Of a stretch of DNA of 64,000 nt, positions 1 through 11,684 are shown piece after piece. The notes under the pieces are model-generated. The model saw nothing but the letters and a program-made list of their open reading frames with translations, searched no databases and had not been told where the DNA came from. The first letter of the stretch is position 1. Every line of letters begins with the position of its first letter. Location of the stretch: assembly GCF_018350175.1 (NCBI RefSeq), contig NC_058368.1, forward strand, positions 61,940,001 to 62,004,000, in the 5' to 3' direction. The position numbers and the translations under genes were made by a program. This stretch comes from Felis catus. Lineage: Eukaryota.

Positions 1-137
1 GGCAACATGGTAGGTATATAATATAGATTAGGTCATAGTATCATCACTGCTATTGGTGTTGATGTTCTTACTGGCTTGAGTGTCCCTTTGGTATAATTGC
101 ATAGCCCGTCAAATTTCCTTTTTCATTCTCTTCATTT

Positions 138-167
138 TGTTTTTTTAATGTTTATTTACTTTTGAGA

Positions 168-202
<35 letters not shown>

Positions 203-367
203 GCATGAGTTGGGGAGGGGCAGAGAGAGAGGGAGACACAGAATCCAAAGCAGTCTCCAGGCTCTGAGCTGTCAGCACAGAGCCCTATGCAGGGCTCAAA
301 CTCACAGACTGTGAGATCATGACCTGAGCTGATGTCGGATGAGTAATCTGAGCCACCCGGGTGCCCC
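138..367 (-). mobile_element. CanSINE (feline SINEC_Fc-type)
   Basis: Reverse-complement head GGGGCACCCGGGTGGCTCAG, (GA)n tract, T-rich tail; TSD TCTCTTCATTT at 127-137 and 368-378. Confidence 0.95.
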
Positions 368-455
368 TCTCTTCATTTCTTAACCCTTGGCTTCTGATTT
401 TGTGAACATATATATGATAGTACAAAATAATTTCTCACTTTAAATAGTATATTTA

Positions 456-994
456 GATCTTTTTCTTTTTGGATTCTTGAAATTTGGTTGCCATCATGAA
501 CAATCTGGACAGTAACTGTCACACTAGGAAGTTCATGATCAACAGACTATTTGAGCAGAAACAATAGTCATAAACGTCCTTCACTCTGGGAAGGTGACAG
601 TACCTAAGACAGAAATTTGGGGAAAACTTTCCAGAATGTACAAGACCACATCAGATGTCATCTTCATATTTGGATTCAGAACCCATTTTGGTGGTGGTGA
701 GAAAACTGACTCTGGCATGATTTATGATTCCTGGGACGAGGCAAAGAAAAATGAACCCAGACATAGGCTCTCAAGATATAGCCTGTATGAGAAGAAAAAG
801 ACCTCAAGAAAACAACAAAAGGAACACAAGAACAGAATGAAGAAAACCAGAGGGAGTATAAAAGCCAATGTTCGTACAGCAGAATGTTAGCTGGAGATAG
901 GACAACAGAGTGAAGATCTGCATTGACTTTATCTGTGGTGATTTACAGATCTGTCATGAGAGGATTAATAGGCTAAGAACTTGGAGGTGGAAAA
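456..994 (+). pseudogene. RPS24: Processed pseudogene of 40S ribosomal protein S24 (eS24)
   Basis: ORF 594-890 reads [32 protein letters not shown]...AKKNEP.HRL...[19 protein letters not shown]. Upstream frame from ATG 496 reads MN...TRKFM.NRL...KQ then TAG at 565-567 with a frameshift. No introns; pyrimidine-rich 5' leader; short A tail; 14-bp TSD AAATAGTATATTTA at 442-455 and 995-1008. Confidence 0.97.
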
Positions 995-1492
995 AAATAG
1001 TATATTTAATGTGTGTTCTAAATGGATTTATTTAGTGAAAGTCAATGGTACAGATGAATAGGTATAAGATTGCTTTAGATATTCTAGGTTGATTTTGTTA
1101 TCATACACTTTGCATCAGAAAGCAGTTTTCCATACCTCAGCACTTCATTTCCAAATATAAAAGAAAGTTCTGATTCTGTCAAGTTCATTATACATGAATT
1201 CAGGGCTTAGAGCCACAAAGTAGTTTAAGCTGTACTTGTCATTTTTTCTGTATTTAATGGAAAAAAAAAAGTTATGTTGTGTTTTGCTTTTTACCCAGAG
1301 GTTGCATTTAATGTCAGTGATATTCAAAAAGTTTTCATTCAAAAAATGCACAGATAGTTTTCTATTTTCTTTGATAGTATTAAAACATGTATTTGAATAG
1401 ATAGTGAACAATAATGATGTTACAAGCACATTTTTACAATAAAATATATATGTGGCATGTCTGTCTAATATACTAGATAAGTATAAGGTATT

Positions 1493-1737
1493 TTATTTTT
1501 TTAAGTTCATCATATTTATTTTGGGAAAGAAGGCTGTGCACCTGTGTGGGAGTGGGGGAGGAGCAGAGAGAGAGAGACAGAGATGGAGAGACAGAGAGAG
1601 AGAGAGAAAATCCCAACCAGGCTCCATGCTGTCAGTGCAGAGCCCGCTGAGGGGTTCAATCTCACGAACCGTGAGATCAAGACCTCAGCCAAAATCAAGA
1701 GTTAGATGCTTAACCAACTGAGCCACCCAGGCACCCC
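1493..1737 (-). mobile_element. CanSINE (older ATCCCAA/TCAAGAGT variant)
   Basis: Ends GAGCCACCCAGGCACCCC, (GA)n tract, T-rich tail; imperfect TSD AGTATA..GTATT. Confidence 0.93.
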
Positions 1738-3029
1738 AGTATACAGTATTATAAAAATAGCAATTGATTTATGAAAAACACCTAAAACATCATTCTCAAT
1801 ATCATACTCTATAGATGGCTTTTATTAATCCCTAACCCACAGACAATCTACCAATAAATTCTGTTTTAGGGTCATCCTTCAAAATACATTCAGAATCAGA
1901 GCACCTTAACACTGCTTCTTGTAAATTGGAAATAAAATCCTAAATTAGACAAGGTCACACTCTTACTCAAAACACCATGGTTTCATTTTTGCATAAAGAT
2001 TATGCTCTACTAGTATCTATAAACCAGCAGAAGGTGACATTGAAGTAGTGTTGAGGCATGTTGTTAATTTAGCACACAAAAAAATTAAAGACCTATAACA
2101 AAAGACAAAAAAACCCAAATTAATTAATTAATTGTATAACTATAAAAATATATATTCAGGAAGACATTAGAAAGAAATATATAATGCCATATTGAGAAAG
2201 GATGTTCAAGTCAATATAAAAGTCAGCTGTAATAAAACAATTAATTGTTTTAAATAAAACCCTACATAAAGTTAAATTTTGTGATAAAAGATTTCTAATT
2301 ACAAATAGAGTAAGGTGACTGTTTTCTCCACAAAAATGAAAAAAAAAGTACAAAAAGATAATATGGCATGATATGTGGGCGATATTTTAAAATACATTTT
2401 TCAGAAATAAGGAATAGTTATAACCCCAAGGCAAATTAAACAACAGACATAGAGAATGAAATATTCCAGACAATGAAATACTAATAGGAGTGATGACTGA
2501 CATTTTTCATTGTAAATTATGCCCAAATTATACTTTAAAGATCAGTAACAATAATTTAAAAATTAATATTGTTGTTATTTATAATGTACACGGTACAAAA
2601 TAGTGTATATGGCAAGTTCAGAATTCAATGTAAAAGAAAATAAAATACAGAAATAGAAGCTATACTAGGACTAATAGAAATAGAATAAACATGATATTAA
2701 ACCCATAACAAACAAAAGAGATGGCATTGAGGAAATCACACAAAAGGAAGATAAGAAGAACAAATTTATAAAATTGATTCTGGAAAGATGAGATATAAGA
2801 AGAAAGAATATTTTGTGTATGAGTAATTCATGTTACTGGAATAACAGGGAGGATAATCAAAATTGAAAAATATCCTCAAAGACACAAGAACAAAACTGAG
2901 AAGGAAGGACTAAAACTGCTGACGAGGAGGAAAAAATAATATTCCGAGAGAACTTGTTTCAACAAAAGCATTTTCAAGTGAATTTGTTAACACAAGAATG
3001 TGGATATCAAACATAAAGAAGTCATATGC

Positions 3030-3275
3030 TAAATGGTAGTATAAGCATTAATTAATAGTCATGGATGAGGATCTAACTTCTGGCAATTTGCTAACTCAAG
3101 TTCCCTCTCCTAGTCCACTATGAACAGTTTCTTCATCTATCTGAACCCCTCTTTTCTAATTTTTAAGTGGATTTAACAAAATACCAACATAAAGATGCCT
3201 TCTGGGCAATGCAGTAGATATCGTGTAAAGGGATTTAATATAATTTTTGGCAAAATGTAAACTTCCTCCAAGGTA
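3030..3275 (+). mobile_element. MIR SINE, highly decayed
   Basis: Core-like CTCTTTTCTAATTTTTAAGTGG...AATACCAACAT...GTGTAAAG...TGGCAAAATGTAA resembles the MIR core and tail. Confidence 0.5.
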
Positions 3276-3335
3276 TTATACACAAATCTGAAAGAACTCT
3301 GAGAGCACATCATCTGTGATTGTCCCCTGCCTTCT

Positions 3336-3567
3336 TTTTTTTTTTTTTTTTTTTTTTTTTAGCGTTTTTATTTATTTTTGAGACAGAGAGAGAGACAGAG
3401 CATGAATGGGGGAGGGGCAGAGAGAGAGGGAGACACAGAATTGGAAGCAGGCTCCAGGCTCTGAGCCATCAGCCCAGAGCCCAGCACGGGGCTCGAACTC
3501 ACAAACTGTGAGATCGTGACCTGAGGCTAAGTCAGACGCTTAACCGACTGAGCCACCCAGGTGCCCC
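3336..3567 (-). mobile_element. CanSINE (SINEC_Fc)
   Basis: Long poly(T), full body; TSD GTCCCCTGCCTTCT at 3322-3335 and 3569-3582. Confidence 0.97.
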
Positions 3568-4379
3568 AGTCCCCTGCCTTCTAAAAACAAACAAACAGGT
3601 ATTAGATGAAGTTCTCACAAAGCAATTCAGAAATAAATGAACAAACTCAGAAATGATGAAGATATTGAAGAAGTATTAAATCTACCAAAATAAGGTAAAT
3701 TATTTTCAACTATAAGGCTCAGGGCAACACAACAGATATAAATATTATAACAGTTGACTCTATAATATTAATGACATCCATACAGGAAATGAGAAGACTA
3801 GTACTGGGGTTCAGATTATTTGCATTAAGGGGTTGCTCGATATTGCCAAGTCATACTAAAAATCGAAAGTACTACAACCGCTTAATATTTGTCTTGATAC
3901 GTTTTTGTAAGTTTAAAGAGGTTTTAGAAACTTATCTTTTGTTATGAAGAAATAATTACTAAAAATTACGGATATCTTTTACTTTGTGTCTGTTTTCCCT
4001 ATGGTAAATTGAAACACAATTTAGTATAATATATTTTATTTTAAACTAATAAGTCTTTCATCACATTTTATAAAATACTTCCTATTAATTCTATTTTATC
4101 ACTATTTATCTAATATCTATATTTATATATACATATAGAAAGAATGGGGTTATTGTTAACAATGTTTCTTTATGAATGATGAAATCTGTAGGTGCTTTTC
4201 TTTACTAAAAGTTTTCCTGATTTCTTTGAATGTCACATAAAGAGCACATGTCCTTTCTCTATATTATAAGATCTGTCTATTGTGTGCTGCATACCATCCT
4301 ATTACATACATATACCACAATTCACTTATACATTGTTATTGATGGAGGGATTCCATTAGGTCCCCCTCTTCCCACCGTC

Positions 4380-4905
4380 CTTGATAACATTGCATTAAAA
4401 CAAACAGAAAAATCTCAATGGCTTCCAAAAACAAATGTTTAGGTCACACTTATGTAGACACATAAGTGTCTATAAGCCAATGCAGGTTGACTGAGATTTG
4501 GGTAATCTTGTTTTGGGTTCCCTTGGATTAAGTGGGACCCAGGGCTCAGTTTAGGCCTGCTCTACGGGTCATTCAGAGGGGACCAAGGCTGAAGGAACAG
4601 CTGATATCTAGAGATTGGGTTTTTCACTTGTTTGTTGTTGTTTATTATGGAGGATAAGAGTTGAAGTGGACTGGACGTTACTTACTATGCCTCATACAAG
4701 CCTCACCTTAGACCTGCTATTCTGTCATATGCCCATATCACACTAGTAAAGCAAATCATTTGGCCAAGTTGAAAGTGTGGAATAAACAAATACAGGACAT
4801 AAACTACTAAGGAGCACTGCAATGTCACATTTCAAAGGAAATAGATATGTAACTTTATTGTATAGGTAAGTAGGGAAATGTTAGAAACAAAAATGTACTC
4901 TACTG
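4380..4905. mobile_element. Old MLT1-type (ERVL-MaLR) solo LTR, decayed
   Basis: AAATCTCAATGGCTT..AAACAAATG, GGACCAAGGCTGAAGGAACAGC, AAAGCAAATCATTTGGCCAAG and ACTGCAATGTCACAT resemble MLT1I/J/K blocks; boundaries approximate. Confidence 0.55.
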
Positions 4906-5667
4906 CTGGGTTATCAACAACCCTTGATATTGACTGTTACAAATAATGCTACTGTGAACATTCTGGTACAGATCTTTTGACAGAAAACAAAAATGCCCTT
5001 CTGTTCACTACATAAATAAGAATTGAGTTATTGTGTAATAAGTTACCCAGAGATTCACTATAATTTGTAATGTCAGATAATTCTGCAAAGAGGTTGTACA
5101 AATTTATACCCACAATAAGGCTTACTAATATTTTAAAAATATTTTTGCTTAATGCTCAGAAATGAGATCAATCTATACTCATAAGCTATTTTTTTAATAA
5201 AGGTTATGTTCAGCACATTAAAATAGTGGAGAAGATATTCTCTGGAAGAGTTTCTATAATACCATATTTCCAATCACCTATGTTGTCTTATTACTCCATT
5301 ACCTAGATAATGAGTAGATCTCTATCTGTTGTTTGCTGTTTCTTTTGATTTTCAGTTTTAAGGTCTTTGCATAGCTGGTTACTACTAAGTGAATGTTATA
5401 TATTATTTATGAAAAGATCTGAATTATTGGAATGTTATTTTCTTTAGACAGGATCTGATTTCTTTAAAGCTAGCAATTAGGGGATATTCAAACATCCTTG
5501 ATTCTGTCAAATATTGTCATGTTTTAAGAGTAGAATGCAAACGTTCTGTGAGCTAATCATTTCTAGTTTGGCTTTGACCCAAGGGTGTAGCCTTTTGGTA
5601 TTTTCAACTCAAAGCCTGGGATGTTTTCTCGAAGTCCTCCTGATTGGAGGGATATATTGGGGTATTA

Positions 5668-5855
5668 CATATATATATATGTGTGTGTGTGTGTATATAT
5701 GTAATATATATATACACATATATTCATATATATATGATTTGTTATGCATTTATTCATTTATGTGTAAGTTACATATTTTATTTACATATATTTTTATATG
5801 TAAATAAAATATGTAAATATTATATATACCATATATTTACATATATAGTATATAA
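5668..5855. repeat. Degenerate (TA)n/(TG)n low-complexity repeat
   Basis: ATATATATATGTGTGTGTGTGTATATAT... visible directly. Confidence 0.9.
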
Positions 5856-7139
5856 AAATTTTGTATTTTTAGAACTTGAGATTACTGAAAATTCTGTTTA
5901 GCTTTTTAACATCCTAGCTGCTGCTATCAGGTTTTACTCTTCTTGCCATGTGCGTGCACAGCTTGAGAACTGGCAAAATCCTCAAAGGAAAGTGGCACAC
6001 GACACTCAGGCTCACCTCTCTCAGGTTTCCTTTTCTCCTGGATCTTGGCCTCTCAATCCTGGATGTCAGAACTGCTACTGAGGCTCCTACAGCCAAGAAA
6101 GATGACTATAAACTCTGAGCTAAGGTTTTCGGCTCAGCTTTCATGCCCAGTGCCCAGGATGTACACCTAGCTCAAGAGGAAAAGCATCAAAAGCTGGACT
6201 ACATCAACACATCTCTCTTCTTTTTCTCTTCTCTGGGAGACTGTCTCAGAAAGCCTTGGGTGCCTTAGTGGCCTTCCAGTGACTTCAAACATCAAATACA
6301 TTTTTCCCCAGGGCCTTCATAGTAATTTTAGAGGGAGAATTACTTTGTTAAAAGCTATTCAGACAACCGTGAAAGTGGAAATTAGGGAATACGTTAAAGC
6401 TTAATTTGAGATTATTTATATTAAAAAAATGTAAATTCCCTGATACTTGTATGCCACAAAAAGCCAGGAAAGGATAATCTGAAACAATAATTCCAAAGAA
6501 AAATAGTTATTATTTTATTATTTATTCTTTATGGCAGAATAAGACTATTTTAGTTTTAGATTCAATTCTTTTTATTCTCACATATTTAATTATGATTTAT
6601 TACAGTACTATGTGGGGAAATGTGTATACAATATCCATGTATATATGTATGTATGTATAATGTTCTAATGCATTGTGTATATTAAGTTTTCTCTATATCT
6701 AATTAAGATTAAATACTTGGCAGAGTTATCAACTGTGAATGATATATTATCTATTCTAAGCTAATGATACTTTAAACATTTCAGTCATCTTTTCTTACTT
6801 ATTATAAGTATCTCCAGAATATATGTTGTTTCTAATGCAAAAAGAAGAGCTAATTTTTTGTATACAGTGTGATAAATGCAAACAAAATCTACAGCTTTAA
6901 AAACTTTAATCAATTACTTCCCCATGAACATTTCAAATCCCTGTATAAATCACACAAAATGATTGGACACTTCAGACATTTTTTGTTTTAATATTTTTCT
7001 GTGTATAAGGAAATATTGTATTATGCATAATCATGAGGTATATATCGCAAATAGGAATAATTAATAAAAATCATTACCATTTATTGTTTATTCTGTGGCA
7101 TCTGCTGTGAAAATTCCTTTATTCACCGGATAGAATTTT

Positions 7140-7335
7140 GTTCCCCGATTTGCAATTTTGAAAAATTGAAAGCCTAGCAAGCCATCCTGTCTTCTAAATC
7201 CCATTCTCTGTTATGATGAGCTAAGACTCATTGGACAAATGGTGATTCCAGGGCCGAGGCTCTGAAGAAAAAAAAATGTAAAAGTCAGCCTGAAACAACT
7301 TGTGCCAGAAGAAACGTAGAGCTTAAAAATATGAT
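7140..7335 (+). mobile_element. Old L1MC-type 3' UTR fragment
   Basis: AAATGGTGATTCCAGGGCCGAGGC...AGCCTGAAACAACTTGTGCCAGAAG; the inverse homologue is at about 12700-12810. Confidence 0.55.
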
Positions 7336-8599
7336 TTGATTTTGTTCACAGATCAACTCCATAAAAATGATTATTCTCCTTAATGAAACTGAGGCTCAAG
7401 TGCCTTCCCTAATGACTGATTTAATCCCTGGTCTGATTTAAAGTCTAGCTTTTTTCCTCCATCCATTTACTCATCCATTTATTCGATGAAATTTATTGAG
7501 TATTTTCTGTGTGCCAGGAATGACATTACGCTTTGAAAATGTAGAAGGTTAGGCTGCTCTAGAGATATTCAGAGGCAATTTGTTCATTTTGGAATTTCGT
7601 ACAGTATATTGCTATGGAGACTTCGGTGTCTGGACAAGACACAAGCCATCCATAACATCAGTTAGTTCGATATTTGCTGGAATGTTATGGGGCTATTTTG
7701 TCTTGGGTTTTTATTGTGTAGGAGGATGTTCTGATGGAGGATATATGCTGTATCAAGCAAACCTGATACATTTGATGTAGGCCCCAAATCATGTCACGGC
7801 AGGCCCGGCTCCCTCACAGCCAAGCCCTGGGGCAGGGAGGTGGGGCCGAGACCTGTGGCAAGGCCAGAGTTCCAGGACCTGGTCCCTTTCTGTGTGGCAT
7901 GGGGCTCCAGCTTCTCACATCGGGGGCATTGGGTGCGGACCTTGTGCTCATCTGGCCCTTTGGTGGCCTGAGTTTCTGCGCCCGCCCACGCCCCCACATT
8001 GGAGCCTCTGGCTCTGGTCGTCTCCAGGTAGGATATCACCACAAAACTAGGGACACTGGGACTGTCTTAGGGGTTTTTTTTGTTTTGTTTTTTTTGTTTT
8101 TAGTGGCTAATGGTGCTTATTAGTAAGTGCTCTAAGTAATGATTTTAAAATATGTTCTTCAGTAGCCAAAAGTCTTGAGGAATTCTGTTGGAAGTTAAAA
8201 GGTGTACTTATATCTATCTAGAAATAAGAGATAAACTGGCAAGTCTTTAAGAATTTAGTATATATTCTATTAACTATAGGAATACATTAGTGTTGAATTT
8301 CGGTTCCATGTAAAATAATTCTAGTCTCCACCAGAAATGATACCAGTTACATCCTGTTATGAACATTGAAATATCCACTAAGTATAAACCACCAAAATTT
8401 TATTATTATTTTATACTCTTTTAATTTTATAATGCCAATTAAACATTGATGAAGAATTGAGTCTAATAAATATAAATATTTTAACAGTTTAACTTATGAG
8501 AGATAGTTAATTCTCTCCATTTATGGTTTATACCTTATGAGGATTTCTGTGACTTCTACTTTCCTGATCTTACATTTGCCTTAAACAAGACTGGACATT

Positions 8600-9090
8600 G
8601 ACTCGTCCATTTATATTAGAGGATCTAAACCCCAGACCATAGTTGACTGTACTAGAAGTGGCCATTGATCTAGGTCAGGACAACAATATTCTTTTTTCCA
8701 GATTTTGGAATTGGGCTAAATAATTCATTCTAATCATTTCGATTTACTTGAGGACTTGGGATTCTGAAGTGGTGAAGTTGACGTGATTTCAACAAGACTA
8801 TTAAAGAAGTAAAAATTCAGTTTACATAAAGAGAGGGATGAATTGGAGACACAAAAAAGCAGAAATGTAAGTCCATGCAAGTTAAACATAAGTAAATCAA
8901 AGAATAAACGTCTCTCAAGTTCCTGGAAATTCCCCTGTTCCTGGGTGACAACCCACAAGAATCCTGGTGGCACCTCTTGGTATTTGTTTCCATAAGATAC
9001 TCCTAATTCCCTGTGCTCAATTTAATTGTCTGCTTCCTCTGTTTTAAAATGATTTCCTGTTCCTTGGAACAAAGCATCTTAACTATCCAA
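8600..9090 (+). mobile_element. Possible decayed ERVL (LTR16-like) solo LTR
   Basis: 3' end GATTTCCTGTTCCTTGGAACAAAGCATCTTAACTA resembles ERVL LTR termini; rest weak. Confidence 0.3.
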
Positions 9091-9199
9091 GCAGAGACTA
9101 GTAAAGAATATGGGAGGAATTGTTATCTAATAAAAAATCCTAAAAGTAATCAGTATTTTATTAACATGGATAATAATGGATTAAAAATAAGTGTTGATA

Positions 9200-9411
9200 G
9201 GGGCACCTGGGTGGCTCAGTCGGTTAAGCATCCGACTTCGGCTCAGGTCATGATCTCGCGGTCCGTGAGTTCGAGCCCCGCGTCGGGCTCTGTGCTGGCA
9301 GCTCAGAGCCTGGAGACTGTTTCTGATTCTGTGTCTCCCTCTCTCTGACCCTCCCCCGTTCATGTCTCTCTCTGTCTCAAAAATAAATAAACGTTAAAAT
9401 TTTTTTTTCAA
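9200..9411 (+). mobile_element. CanSINE (SINEC_Fc)
   Basis: GGGGCACCTGGGTGGCTCAGTCGGTTAAG (A box), GTTCGAGCCC (B box), (CT)n, AATAAA tail; TSD AAAAATA(A/G)GTGTTGATA. Confidence 0.97.
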
Positions 9412-9571
9412 AAAAATAGGTGTTGATAATTTTATTTGAATCAAATTATATTGTTTGAAGCCAAATATTTAACTTTATTAGTAAATTTCAAAATCACTTA
9501 AATAATTTTGATCACATCAACTCTTATCAGTTACAGATAGCATTTTCTAAATAAACTTACCCAGATTAATT

Positions 9572-9799
9572 TTTTATAATTTTTAAAATATTTATTTATT
9601 TATTTATTTGAGAGTGAGAGAGACTAAGCACAAGTGGGGGAGGAGCAAAGAGAGAGAGAGAGAGGGAAACACAGAATCTGAAGCAGGCTCCAGGCTCTGA
9701 GCTGTCAGCACAAAGCCCGACATGGGGCTCAAACTCACAGTGAGATCATGACCTGAGCTGAAGTTGGACGCTTAACCGACTGAGTCACCCAGGTGCCCC
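9572..9799 (-). mobile_element. CanSINE (SINEC_Fc)
   Basis: Full inverse body; imperfect TSD CCAGAT(T/G)AATT. Confidence 0.95.
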
Positions 9800-9846
9800 T
9801 ATCCAGATGAATTCTTAATGTAGTGGCACATTTATAATGAAAATCT

Positions 9847-10050
9847 GGGATGTCTGGGTGGCTCAGTCGGTTAAGCATCCAAATTTAGTTCAGGTCATGA
9901 TCTCATGGTTCATGATTCTAGTCCCTCACCAGGCTCTCTGCTGACAGCTCAGAGCCTGGAGCCTGTTTCCAGTTCTGTGTCCCTCTCTCATTGCCCCTCC
10001 TCTGCTTGCACTCTGTATCTCTCAAAAACAAATAAACAAAAAAAAAATTG
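9847..10050 (+). mobile_element. CanSINE (SINEC_Fc)
   Basis: TSD TAATGAAAATCT at 9835-9846 and 10051-10062. Confidence 0.95.
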
Positions 10051-11684
10051 TAATGAAAATCTGTATTCAAGTAAGTAAATTATGAAAGAAATTTCAGAAG
10101 TACACATAGATTTGCCAAGTATTGTAGAAGATGCACTTTAATTTCTCTGTAAAATTAATAAATTCCAATTATAAAGCAAGAGGAATTAGATAATTTCCAA
10201 GATATTAAAGTAAAGTAGAATATATACTTAGAAGGGAACAATACGTATTAATCCTCATGGAAAATTATTCTGACTAAATGAAGTATATGATTTGTACATT
10301 TCCTTTTAACATTTTAAATAAAGCTTCTGTCCACTTTTTTTTAAATAAAATCATTGCTTGAATAATTTCTTCAGACTTTGGCTGTTTCTCAAGTCCTCCA
10401 TTTTAATTAGAATTCTATAACCATTAATGCTATATCCTAATTAAGAAATCCATTAAGTCTCTATAATAGTTGCTTTAGAGATAATATTAAATTTACTGGA
10501 GTTTTAAATAATAAATTCATATGATGGGATTTTAATGTGCAATAAAGAAGCTATTAATATTTGAAAGAAGTAGTCATTGCTTCTGTGTTCAATCAATAAT
10601 CAGTTTTTGTCATATACTTAGTTATCAATTTTACCATTTCTAATATTTCATGAATACTTTTAGATGTTCATGGAAAAGGATATCTTACTTTAGTGAACTT
10701 CTTTGCTGAAGTATTTATATTCATTTATCTCAAAAAAAAAAAAAGTGCCTGTTATAGATTAGCCCTACCTCTTTGTGAAATGTGATCTACTATGACTTTT
10801 ACTCAGTCAATCCTTTTTCATTCCTGAGCTCCCAAATGCATAATTTGTATACTGTATAGCTTATACTTATAAAAAAGATGATACGTAAAAGAAGTTGAGG
10901 GAATCTGTGAATCATAAATTAGCCTGACAATCTAGGGAGCTAAGTGTAGCCCTGGGACTATTGTAATTTGCCAAAAATTCTTTTTGGGCATTGGTTTCCT
11001 CATCTGTAAAATAAAGAAGCCCCAGTACACTAGTAGACTGGGCTACATTTCATCCATTAAGGAAAAAAAAAAGAAAGAAAGAAAAGAAAACAAAGAAAAA
11101 CCACCAAAAAACCTATTTTAAACCATACAGTTGAGTAGATTTTTTAGGCTGTTTCAAAAGGCACATATAATCAACTCAGTTGTATTCTGGATTAGTTTTA
11201 TAAGTCATCACCAAACACACATTTTTTGACGTTGAAATTGGAAAATGTATTTTCATTAAATTGATTGTATCCTAAATTTCTTGTGCAACTGAAAAATTAA
11301 GAGGGGTAATTTAACATTGAGGTCCAACTGGTTTTTAAAATTCAGTTGTTTCATTTTGTAATTTTATCACTTAAGAGATTTGAAACTAAGCTGAAGAGAT
11401 AAAGAAGGAAATATATTTATGCTATCATAAAGCAGGGTACTCAGTAGATAATTGCTGTTCAAGAACAAGGATTTTCAAAGCCTTACGATAGGAACCAAGA
11501 GCAAAGAAGGTCCTTGCAACCAGAGTACACAAGAGAGTAAAAAGGGGAAGAAGGTAAATTCCGCAGTACAAGGGCCAGAGACTGAGGTTATGTCAGCCAA
11601 GACCGTGAATTTTGAAGTCACTGTGAATGTAGTGGGTCACTATGGCAGAGTTTGAGCAAGAAGCATTGTAATTATTATTAATAT

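Noticed and set aside
594..890. 98-aa ORF as a functional RPS24 retrogene
   Set aside because: Starts at GTG; the true ATG (496) frame hits TAG at 565 after a frameshift, and many conserved residues are substituted.
3815..3875. Octamer ATTTGCAT plus GAAAGTA as an snRNA-type promoter
   Set aside because: Spacing far too short for a DSE-PSE pair, poor PSE match, and no snRNA downstream.
7560..7780. Possible mitochondrial insertion (numt) suggested by strand-skewed composition
   Set aside because: The frames I translated gave no recognisable mitochondrial protein, rRNA or tRNA; BLASTN is needed to exclude it formally.
9200..9290. tRNA genes (A box and B box, here and in similar copies)
   Set aside because: These are the tRNA-derived heads of CanSINEs, followed by (CT)n, A tails and TSDs.
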